A stretch of 64,000 nt of DNA from NCBI GenBank assembly GCA_032718475.1, contig JAUCBJ010003267.1, positions 33,512-97,511 on the forward strand, given 5' to 3'. This document shows positions 1 to 11,800 of this stretch, piece after piece. Position 1 is the stretch's first letter, and each line of letters opens with the position of its first letter. The notes beneath the pieces are model-generated. The model saw nothing but the letters and a program-made list of their open reading frames with translations. It made no database searches and was not told where the DNA came from. The stretch is from Nemertoderma westbladi. Taxonomy: Eukaryota > Animalia > Xenacoelomorpha. Made by a program: the position numbers and the translations under genes.

Positions 1-119
1 CCTAAAGTACTAATTCAGTTTTCTTCTACTCATTTGTAAATTTGATAATATATTTTGAATCTTAATTTAGGTACGATTTGAGGTATACATGGACCCTCCC
101 CCCATGCCTTTGTCATAAA

Positions 120-3100
120 TTAGACAGTTTGCTCCAATAAGCAACATTTGCTTATCGGACGTCTTACAAGTTTCTTTCCACTTGTCTTCAATTCGACCGT
201 TCTAGTGTGCCCATCGGGTCCCTGCAGGCAATTTACTACTCTAGCCATCACCCAATCGTGTTTCGCTAGGGTGTCATCTGTCACTATGACTAGATCTCCC
301 GGTTTCAGATCTCTCCTTTCCACCCGCCACTTGTGTCGCTTGTGAAGGGTTGGTAAATATTCAGTTACCCATTGGCGCCAGAATATCTTTGATACTACTT
401 GTATTACTTTCCATGTCTTTCTGGAATATAGGTCATTCTCGTCAAACAGGTCTTTACTCAAAACCTGGACTGGTCTCCTCAATAGTAGATGGTTTGGTGT
501 CAAAACCTCGTAAGAATTCGGGTCATCATTTAACGCACATAGCGGCCGCGCATTCATTGTTGCTTCTGTTTCTGCTAACACTGTGCGGAATGCGTCCTCA
601 TCAAGGCATCGATTTCGGGTGCTTGCCTCTAAGAGCCGCTCAGCACTTCCTACAAGTCTTTCCCAGACTCCTGAAGAATGGGGGGCATAAGGGGTATGGA
701 ATTTCCACTTGACACCTTGTTTCCTCGCATGTTCTTCAATAGCAGGTGTTTGCGCAATCCGGTATAGATCTTGAAGTTCTCGATTAGCTCCAATGAAATT
801 CGACCCATTATCAGAGCTAATCCTTCGCACTGCTCCACACCTTGTAATGAATCTTCTGAGTGCATTAATAAATGAGTTCGCGCTTGCATCTTTAACTAAT
901 TCCAGGGCAACAGCCCTTGAGGCGTAACACACGAATATGGAACCCCATCGTTTCTCGTATCGTCGGCCCACTTTGACGTTAATAGGACCAAAGAGGTCAA
1001 CACCACAATTTGTGAATGGTGGCTCATAGGGTGTTATCCGCTCCGCAGGTAAAGGTGCCATCACCTGCTCCACCCTCTGTCGACGAATGGTGCGACAGGT
1101 AACACACTTCTCCACCCAGCCCTTCACTCTTCTCCTGACTGCTGGAATCCAGAATTTCCTCCGTATCCTCGTGAGTGTTGCTTCCACACCTCCATGTTGT
1201 GAGGCTTCATGGGAATCGTGTATAATCTTATCCACGATAACTGAGTCTTTCGGGATCAATATGGGGCAATCAGGGACAATCCCTCCTGGAGCATTCCCCA
1301 GCCGGGAGCCCATACAGACTACTCCATCCTTCATAATGGGGCTCAATGGTCTCAGGTTGCTGTCTTTCGGGATAGGTTTTCCAACCACTAGTTTCTCCAC
1401 TTCATCTGGGAAGCCCTCCTGTTGAATGTACTTTATGATAGCCATCCCTGCATTTTCCACATGTAGTTCTGGTCGGGGCCCTCCACTTTTCCGTGTTCGT
1501 ATCCAAGCCATCCACATCCTCCATCGCGCTACACGCCGTTTAGTGTCATACCATGAGCGATCATGGTGGAGTATTCGCTCTGTCATTGTTGGTTTGTCTC
1601 TTATAGTGGTTGACATAACTACTTCCCTTCGTAATTCCGGGTCATCCCCTTTGACTCCTTCCAGTAGAGCCTGTGGACCTCCTGGAAATTCAGGCCATCT
1701 TCCTTCGTCCTTGAGGTACTCCGGGCCATATTGCCACAGATCTTCGTCTTCCTTCTTCTGTGTTCCAATTATTCCTCTCGATATTTGGTCTGCGGGATTT
1801 ATCGACGTTGGACAATAGTTCCAGTTGTTGATGTCTGTTAGTTCTTGGATTTCTGCAACTCGATTAGCAACAAAGACTTTGAATCTTCGTGCGTCAGTCC
1901 TGATATAATGAATAACAGTGGTAGAGTCAGTCCAAAAATACCAGGTTTGTATATTTCCAATCGCTTTTCCTAACTGTCTTCCTATTCTCACTCCTAATAA
2001 AGCTGCCATGAGTTCTATCCTAGGAATTGTGACGATTTTTAATGGGGCCGGTCTCGCCTTACTATATGCAACCCGTGCCCTCCTTCTATTATTCTGTCTT
2101 TGAACCACATAGGCTACTGCTCCATAGCCTTTGTCTGAGGCGTCACTGAAGATATGTATCTCTAAGTTTTCCATGTTTCCGTCGGGAAAGTAGGCCCGAT
2201 CTATCGTGATCTTATCTAGTAGTTGTAAACTATCCATCCATTTGTCCCATTTCTTCCTTATTGCTTCGGGAAGTTCATCATTCCAACCTACTTTCAGTAG
2301 ATGGGCTTCCCTAAGTATTTGTCGACCAACAACTGTGATCCTTGAGAGTAGACCCATTGGGTCATAGATCCGGGCAACAAAGGATAGATATTCCCTTTTA
2401 GTATGTTTCCCTCTTTTCATTTTCGCCATATGGTACTCAAATGCATCTGTTCTTCGGTTCCAGACTATCCCTAAAGCTCGAACTTCGTCACTGTCTCCAT
2501 CAGCTTCTATCATTGGTTTGTATTCTGGTTCTGTGGTCAGTTTGTTCAGTGGCTCCTGTTGGGTCCCGTCTGTCATGCAGTTGGTAATATATTCGGAATT
2601 TGATAAAAACTTGGTCAGGTTGAATCCTCCCCCCGCTAAACAAAGTTTAGCCTCCTTGGCAATCCTGACCAACTCCTCCTCTGAGTTTCCTGTCTCATGT
2701 CCGTCATCAACATAAAAATGTTCTCGAATCATTTCCACTGTATCTGCTGATGGATTCTGGATTGCAGGATTCTCGCCATTTGTAGTCTCTCTCAAAGCGT
2801 ATGTTGTCGCACATGGAGATGAATTAGCACCAAAAATATGGACAATCATTTTGTAGATTTTGGGTTCCTTTGAGCCTAGCTCCCCTTCATACCAAAGGAA
2901 CCGTAAGCTGTTGCTGTCTTTTGGGTTCACTCGTACCTGGTGGAACATTGCTTCCACATCGCATGTGAAAGCAAATATTCCCTTCCTGAATCTTAGAAGA
3001 ACGTCTAGTCCTGTGTTGTATATATTGGGTCCACGAACAAGGTAATCATTTAGCGATTTTCCATGGTACTTCGCTGCGGCATCATGTACTACTCGGTATT

Positions 3101-6100
3101 TGTTCTTTCTTGGTTCCCACACTGTGTGTATCGGTAAGTAATACGTCCGGTCAGTTTCCTGTATGTCCTCTGGAAGTTCTATTGCCCAGCCCCTTTCTAT
3201 ATACTTACATATTGCCTTGTTTATGGCTTCTTCTGCTGCTGGTAGTTTCCTCAGTTTTTCTTTTAACTTTCTCAGACGATTTCTCGCCATTATGTAGTTG
3301 TTTTCAAGCCGTTCATTGGGGTCCTTCCACAACATGTCTACCTCGTAGTGTCCATCTATCAGTTGTATTGAGTCCTTAAGAGTCTGTAAGGCCCTACGGT
3401 CCTCTGGAGAGTCTCCCAATGTGTTGTCATGAAGGCCCTCACAGTCCCTATTCAGTAATGTCTCTAAGTCTTTAGTTATTTCCACATGATTCACCAGACC
3501 TCGCTTCGTTTTGTTGTGTATATAGTCTGTTGTTTCCAGTGGTCCAGTCACACACCACCCAAATGGTGTTAGCTTTCCCCATGGTGTCTTCCCGGGGTTG
3601 CTACCTTTCCTAACTTCCAGTTCTTCATGTGCCTCAGGATTGTTCATCCCAAGCAGTACAGTCACATAGGGTATGTCAATGTGCAAGTTTGTTAAGTTAA
3701 TTCCCTTTAAGTGTTGGTATCTCTCAAATTCTACCTCATCTGGTTGGGTACAGTTAACTCCAACGTCTGGTATTACTTCTACCTCAGCATCATGAATGAT
3801 GAGTGTCCCTCGGCCTTCCAGAGCACCTATGGAGCACTTGGTACTCATGGCCCCCATTGATGTTGTCTGGTGGCCCACCATGGCCAGGCCTAACTTAGTT
3901 CTGGTTCCCTCCATTCCCAGAGTATCAGCAAGGGTACGACTTATTAGACTTATAGTCGCACCATCATCTAGGAAGGCATATGTTGTTACTTGTTTTTCAT
4001 TTTTATACATTACTTTTACTGGTACAATTTTGAGGTACACTTTAATCCCTGACAGGGACATACATGTCGCCATGTGGGTCACTGCCTGGGTCTTATTAAC
4101 AGTGGTTCCACTCACTTCAGATCCCTGGGGATCCTTGTATCTCGCCATCCAGGCAGGGTTAGGATGTTGGGTCTGATCCCCCCCTGTCTTAGATGTTAGA
4201 TTCTCATTTTTATTTTGGTTAACAGTAGTAGTATCAGTATCTCCTCGGTTACTATGGGGTTTTAGATTTTTAGTTTCCTTTGTGAGGGGTGTCAGCCCAC
4301 TCGCTCCTCCGGGTGAGTATGATCTGGATCGTTCATATGTTCTGGGTTCATGCCTGGTGTTGGAGTTGCGCGGACAGTCGCGTCCAATGTGGCCACGCCC
4401 ATAGCATCTCCTACACAGTCCATTCTTCTTTAAATAGTCCCATTTTTCATCCGCAGCGGCATTTATCCATTGGGTACACTGCACGAATTGATGGTCTCTT
4501 GCATTTGGATGTAGATAGCACTTTGCGCTTGGATCACAGGTTGCAAGGGTGTATACCAACTCCTGGGAATCTCTATCTGGGGTATGTGGCTTTGGGGAGT
4601 AGCTGGAGAAACGGACTTGTTTGTCCGATTGTAGGCTCTTCATCGGACTAGTCGACGTTGTTGTGTAGACTTGCTCTCGTTCAGGTTTTATCATCCCTTT
4701 GTTAGATTCAAATGATTTCTTTGGTACCAGCATATTTGTTTTTCGCGGGTAATCTGCTCTCGATTGTCGGGTTGAGTCATCCCGTGAATGTGATCGGTCC
4801 CGGCGCTCAGCGATACCAGCTGATAGTAGTCCCTCTGCGAATACAGGGTCATCTTGTATCTCGGTTTGATCTGAAAGGAATTTCGCCAGTTGGTTCATGG
4901 TTGGTTCGCGGTTCAGTTGGCTGCGAGTCCGTGCTGCTTCCTTTCTCCATGCGTTCCTCGCCCAATAGGGAATTAGTTCAATTATTTTTCGCATGTTATG
5001 GATGCCATTCAACTCATGCGGCATATCGAGTTCCTTCAAGGCAACCAGGGCTTTGTTTACCCTTTCTGTAAAGTCCCTAAACTCGGCAGTCGTGGTGATT
5101 TGTTTGTTAGTGACCAATTTGTTGATTGTTGCCTGCATTATACGTGAAGGATTTCCATATCGCTTTTCAATGGCTTCCCATGCTAGTCGCAAACCATCTG
5201 TTAGGCCTGCATATTGTCTAACAACTTCCTTTGCTTTGCCAGTTGTGTAAACCATCAGGTAGGTCATCTTCTGTGCTTCTGACAGGTTATGTTTCAGTAG
5301 AATTTCAGTGGTATATAGCTGTCGAAACTGAATATATTCTTCCGGGTATTCTCCACTGAAGGTAAACGGTTTAGCCTGTGGCAGTTCTAGCTTGGCTTTT
5401 ATGGCGTCTGTTATTGCCGCCATATGACTTAACTCACTCTCTCCTCCGCTCTGATAACATTGAGGGACCCTTCCTGCTTGTACATAAGGGGGTCCACGTG
5501 GGGCTGCTTCTCCTGTGTAATTGTAGCCAGCGGTATTATTTTTATTCTGTTGTCTTTGCGCTCCTATAGATGGGTACGCTAGACTCGGTATTTTTGATAA
5601 TCCGGGTCCATTATTTATTTGATTTGAAAAGGTTACTGCCCGTTGCTGTGGGGTTTCACTCACTTCGCTACGGGTTTTGTATTTATATTGGCCATCTGGC
5701 ATTCCTACTTCGCCTATGGGGACGGGTAGAAATTCCTCGGCTCTGGGGTTTAAATGGCTTGGGTTACCGGTACTGCTCAATGGTGTCCCATAACCATACC
5801 TTGGTTCATATTGGATACCGATATTTTGATTTAATTCGGATGGTATAGGGTGGTCTATAGACTGATGTTGATTTTGACCTACATCAGCAGGGCTACATGT
5901 ATGATTAACAGTACCGGTATGCATGAGGCTGTTAGGTAAGCCTACATAACGTGGCCTATAATCATAAGACACCGGTACATTAAGATTAGGCCTATCTAAA
6001 CTTTCAGATACCGGTATTTGAGTATTACTATTAGCATTAGGCCTATGGTTCTGGCTAGATATCGGTAAATAATAATAATCGGGATTCTGCCTACTGCATG

Positions 6101-7961
6101 CTGTGCAGTCTGGTGTACTGCGTACAGGTAGGCCTATAGAATTGGATAGCGGCGGACCAGTCGCATGTAGCTGATCACTGCAGCTGTAATCTGGTGTACC
6201 GCAAACTGGCGCAGAATGTGTTACCGGCGGACCGGTCGAATGCAGCCGTCTATTAGGCCTACTGCTGCAATCCGATACCGGTACCTTAGTCTGAATGTTA
6301 TGATTCATGCCTGCTTGTTCTGACAATTCGTCACCAGTGTACTGGATGATTGACACAGGGGTTTCAATATGGTGCCCTGTTCTATGTATACAGCTGGTAA
6401 CTGCAGCATTTACAGTATTTGTTGGGCTTTCCAAATTATATGTTTGGTTCTTAGCCCCTCTGGGGCCCTTTGAAGCAGAGTTGCCTAACGTGCTATTAAA
6501 GCCCCCTGTCATTGCTGGTGTTCTGCTACTAATACAATATTCGGGTTTTGATGTAATAACAGGTTTCTTTACTGTACGCGCTGATATTCTACGTACGGGT
6601 GATGGATAACGGGGTGTTTCTATGGCTAGAAGGTTACTTTCAATTTCTCGGTTATTGGGTTCTACAGTAGTTAGGTTATTGGGTTCTACAGTAGTTAGTA
6701 TATTCATTGAATCACACTTGGTTTTATTTCCCCTCTGGGAAATTCCAAGTTGAGATGCCTCCTCTTCCATACGTAATATGCACTGTTCTGCATTTAGCCG
6801 AACCATTTCCCTCTTGGCCCTTGCCCGTTCCCTTTCAATCTCACCTTCCCTTTTATCCCGTTCCATCTCATCTGCTATCTTTTGTACTCGTTCCCTTCTC
6901 TCTCGTTCCCTTTTGTCACATTCCCTTTTCTCACGTTCCTCACGTTCCTCTTTTTCTATTCTTTCCAGTTCACGTTCACTTACTCTCCTTTTATTTTCTC
7001 TCTCTAACTCACGCTGTTGTTCTCTCATGCCATCTGCTAGCTCCATTCTTGCTTGTTCAATCCCTGCATTCGTTCTCATTCGATTGATCGTGGATGAGTG
7101 TATAGATCCGACCCCTGAAACACGATCATTCTGCCTAGGGACGTTCTCCCAGATGGAGTCTGGTGTCACCTGGGACACAGAATCCTCTGGATCAACGCGT
7201 GGCACCTCGGTGATAATGCTTGGGGTCGGGTCTCCCTCCCTCAGATCTTCACTCTGGGTTCCTCTGGGTTCCCTCCTAACGTTTGGATTGGAACGGGTCT
7301 CTCGAGATTGACACTGGGCTTTGACCCGGTCTTCAATCTCAACAGCCCTTTGTTCCTCTCCGCACGCACGTAAATGATCTATGTAGACCGTTATTTTATT
7401 TAAAAGTATACTTAGCTCCGGTTCCACCGGCAGTTCACCAGTTGGGTTCTCAACAGTTCCAAACAGAGTCAGTTCTGCTCGTTGAGATCGTCGTTTAAGG
7501 ATCTCTGGTTGTTGGGGGTCAATCAGAACAGCACTTCGTTGTGATCGTGATGATCGTTGGATCTGGGGGTCTTTGGGTCGTGTTGTCTGTGTCGAGGTTC
7601 TTTCAGGTTCGTGTCGAATATTGGCCGGTTCAGGTTCGTGAGTTGGGAGGACAGCTCGTTGTGGTTGAGTGGGTGGCCCCTGCCCAGTTCCCACCAAGCT
7701 GCTAGTGCGTAAGCGAGCGCCGATGCTTGCTCTAGCAGCCCCAGGAATTGAGCGTGCCACACCGCCTGGGCTCGTTGTTGGTTGCCAGACGCCCTCCGCT
7801 TGTGTTGGGTTCGTTCTCGGGGTTCGGGCGAGTTCTCGGCCCGACTCGATCCTGCCATCCACGACTGATACTCGTCTGGGCTCATCCCTCATGTCAATGA
7901 GGTCCGAGCTCGTTTCCACTGATGGATGGTTCGTTGATGGCGTTCGGTTGGCGCTAGACAT
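120..7961 (-). mobile_element. BEL/Pao LTR retrotransposon Gag-Pol polyprotein (intact ORF, 2613 aa)
   Basis: Single ORF with BEL/Pao domain order: Gag/DUF1759-like (FSGEYPEEYIQF), Zn knuckles (CYLH..H....C; CRRCYGRGHIGRDC), protease (AFLDDGATISLI), RT (YLPIH, RVVHDAAA, DVEAMFHQV, FGANSSP, FYVDD), RNase H (IFSDAS, RIELMAA, WTDS), integrase (H..H..CVTC, DLFGP, SDNGSNF, GVWERL) and the C-terminal LTPNHLL/W..W..EYL segment. Confidence 0.97.
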
Positions 7962-8141
7962 TGAAGATCAAATCTATTCAAGTTCGTTAATTCGGCCACG
8001 CGTTGTCGTTTTCAACGAGATAGTTTTCACTTTGTTCCGTCGATATTCTTTCCCTCTAAGAACGTCGTTTCTACGCGTCCGTTTCGTTCGTCAAGAAAAC
8101 TCAGTTCAAGTCCTAGTTACTTTAATATTCAATATGTATAA

Positions 8142-8150
8142 ACGGCACCA
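8142..8150 (-). promoter_or_regulatory. Primer-binding site of the BEL element (tRNA-His-like)
   Basis: Minus strand reads ...GTGCA c TGGTGCCGT: a CA LTR end, 1 nt, then TGGTGCCGT, complementary to the ACGGCA-CCA 3' end of eukaryotic tRNA-His. Confidence 0.65.
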
Positions 8151-8151
8151 G

Positions 8152-8760
8152 TGCACAATCACATGATGACGCTTCCTTCCTTCAAACAAATTACTTATAA
8201 CACGTACAGTACAAATGCACTGTACGTTCAGTTCAATTAGAACAATAATAGTTAAGTTCAGTGACCAATAGGTCACTGAATAGAGTCCAAAAAGTTCAGT
8301 TCGTGAAACAAGTCGAATCAAACAATAAACGAACGAACGAAAGAACGAACGGTGAAAACTATGTAACGTTTCTACAAAGTTATATCGACAGAATGAATCT
8401 AATGTCATCCTGCTCTTGTCATATATGAATGGAAGGAAAGCCATCTGGGATTGGTTTACCAAACAACAATAGGCCGTAGAAAATGGGGCCAAAATATAAT
8501 ACGTTATACACCAATATACACAGGTAAGGGTAAATCCCAGAGGATGCCTTACACTTCCATTGTTGCCTCTCACTCAATGTGTCCTTTCACTTTAAATGGT
8601 TCTAATATTCACTCACTCATTATAGGATATGATAATTCTCTCGTGAACATGAGGCGAGCAAGCCTTCATGCAAGATACACTATACTTTTACTTTTGTGAC
8701 GTCATGTTATGACGTCATGACATTCTCTCTCAATAAAATGGAATTTCTACGGCAATAACA
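8152..8760 (-). repeat. Probable 5' LTR of the BEL element (~609 bp)
   Basis: Inner end fixed by the CA next to the PBS. Outer end inferred from TGTTATTGCC on the minus strand at 8760. The partner LTR is not in the window, so the outer boundary is unconfirmed. Confidence 0.5.
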
Positions 8761-8817
8761 GGTGATAAGAATTTTGGGCCATACTGTACGATGAAATACT
8801 GACTATAGTCGGGAACA

Positions 8818-11800
8818 AACATGCTATAGAATCCGAGCACTCTTTCTTGAAAAACAGATTTCCCTCTCTACGGCACTCAACTATTCGTGAACATGCTATA
8901 GAATCCGAGCACTCTTTCTCGTATACAGACTTATCTCTCTACGACACTCAACTATTCGTGAACATGCTATAGTATCCGAGCACTCTTTCTCGTACACAGA
9001 CTTCCCTCTCTACGGCACTCAACTATTCGTGAACATGCTATAGAATCCGAGCACTCTATCTCGTACACACACTTATCTCTCTACGACACTCAACTATTCG
9101 TGAACATGCTATAGTATCCGAGCACTCTTTCTCGTACACAGACTTCCCTCTCTACGGCACTCAACTATTCGTGAACATGCTATAGAATCCGAGCACTCTA
9201 TCTCGTACACACACTTCTCTCTCTACGACACTCAACTATTCGTGAACATGCTATAGAATCCGAGCACTCTTTCTTGTACACAGATTTCCCTCTCTACGGC
9301 ACTCAACTATTCGTGAACATGCTATAGAATCCGAGCACTCTATCTCGTACACACACTTCTCTCTCTACGACACTCAACTATTCGTGAACATGCTATAGAA
9401 TCCGAGCACTCTTTCTTGTACACACACTTCCCTCTCCCCACGGCACTCAACTATTCGTGAACATGCTATAGAATCCGAGCACTCTTTCTTGTACACAGAC
9501 TTCTCTCTCTACGACACTCAACTATTTGTGAACATGCTATAGAATCCGAGCACTCTTTCTCGTATACAGACTTCTCTCTCTACGACACTCAACTATTCGT
9601 GAACATGCTATAGTATCCGAGCACTCTTTCTCGTACACAGACTTCCCTCTCTACGGCACTCAACTATTCGTGAACATGCTATAGAATCCGAGCACTCTAT
9701 CTCGTACACACACTTCTCTCTCTACGACACTCAACTATTCGTGAACATGCTATAGAATCCGAGCACTCTTTCTTGTACACAGACTTCCCTCTCTACGGCA
9801 CTCAACTATTCGTGAACATGCTATAGAATCCGAGCACTCTATCTCGTACACACACTTCTCTCTCTACGACACTCAACTATTCGTGAACATGCTATAGAAT
9901 CCGAGCACTCTTGCTTGTACACACACTTCCCTCTCCCCACGGCACTCAACTATTCGTGAACATGCTATAGAATCCGAGCACTCTTTCTTGTACACAGACG
10001 TCTCTCTCTACGACACTCAACTATTCGTGAACATGCTATAGAATCCGAGCACTCTTTCTCGTATACAGACTTCTCTCTCTACGACACTCAACTATTCGTG
10101 AACATGCTATAGTATCCGAGCACTCTTTCTTGTACACAGACTTCCCTCTCTACGGCACTCAACTATTCGTGAACATGCTATAGAATCCGAGCACTCTATC
10201 TCGTACACACACTTCTCTCTCTACGACACTCAACTATTCGTGAACATGCTATAGTATCCGAGCACTCTTTCTCGTACACAGACTTCCCTCTCTACGACAC
10301 TCAACTATTCGTGAACATGCTATAGAATCCGAGCACTCTTTCTTGTACACAGACTTCCCTCTCCCCACGGCACTCAACTATTCGTGAACATGCTATAGAA
10401 TCCGAGCACTCTATCTCGTACACACACTTCTCTCTCTACGACACTCAACTATTCGTGAACATGCTATAGTATCCGAGCACTCTTTCTCGTACACAGACTT
10501 CCCTCTCTACGACACTCAACTATTCGTGAACATGCTATAGAATCCGAGCACTCTTTCTCGTACACAGACTTCCCTCTCTACGACACTCAACTATTCGTGA
10601 ACATGCTATAGAATCCGAGCACTCTTTCTTGTACACAGACTTCCCTCTCCCCACGGCACTCAACTATTCGTGAACATGCTATAGAATCCGAGCACTCTTT
10701 CTTGTACACAGACTTCCCTCTCTACGACACTCAACTATTCGTGAACATGCTATAGAATCCGAGCACTCTTTCTTGTACACAGACTTCCCTCTCCCCACGG
10801 CACTCAACTATTCGTGAACATGCTATAGAATCCGAGCACTCTATCTCGTACACACACTTCTCTCTCTACGACACTCAACTATTCGTGAACATGCTATAGT
10901 ATCCGAGCACTCTTTCTCGTACACAGACTTCCCTCTCTACGACACTCAACTATTCGTGAACATGCTATAGAATCCGAGCACTCTTTCTCGTACACAGACT
11001 TCCCTCTCTACGACACTCAACTATTCGTGAACATGCTATAGAATCCGAGCACTCTTTCTCGTACACAGACTTCCCTCTCTAGGCACTCAACTATTCGTGA
11101 ACATGCTATAGTATCCGATCACTCTTTCTCGTACACAGACTTCCCTCTCCCCACGGCACTCAACTATTCGTGAACATGCTATAGAATCCGAGCACTCTAT
11201 CTCGTACACACACTTCTCTCTCTACGACACTCAACTATTCGTGAACATGCTATAGTATCCGAGCACTCTTTCTCGTACACAGACTTCCCTCTCTACGACA
11301 CTCAACTATTCGTGAACATGCTATAGAATCCGAGCACTCTTTCTCGTACACAGACTTCCCTCTCTACGACACTCAACTATTCGTGAACATGCTATAGAAT
11401 CCGAGCACTCTTTCTCGTACACAGACTTCCCTCTCTAGGCACTCAACTATTCGTGAACATGCTATAGTATCCGAGCACTCTTTCTTGTACACAGACTTCC
11501 CTCTCCCCACGGCACTCAACTATTCGTGAACATGCTATAGAATCCGAGCACTCTATCTCGTACACACACTTCTCTCTCTACGACACTCAACTATTCGTGA
11601 ACATGCTATAGTATCCGAGCACTCTTTCTCGTACACAGACTTCCCTCTCTACGACACTCAACTATTCGTGAACATGCTATAGAATCCGAGCACTCTTTCT
11701 CGTACACAGACTTCCCTCTCTACGACACTCAACTATTCGTGAACATGCTATAGAATCCGAGCACTCTTTCTTGTACACAGACTTCCCTCTCTACGACACT

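Noticed and set aside
1-103. Polypurine tract (GGGGGGAGGG on minus, 94-103) and possible 3' LTR start at 89
   Set aside because: Sequence 1-89 does not match the putative 5' LTR (8152-8760), so a 3' LTR cannot be supported within the window.
8642-8652. TCGTGAACATG shared between the putative LTR and the 71-bp satellite unit
   Set aside because: Only 11 bp with no flanking similarity; insufficient to claim the satellite derives from the LTR.
148-8699. Many short ORFs overlapping the BEL element
   Set aside because: Antisense or alternate-frame shadows of the polyprotein and LTR; no independent motifs.
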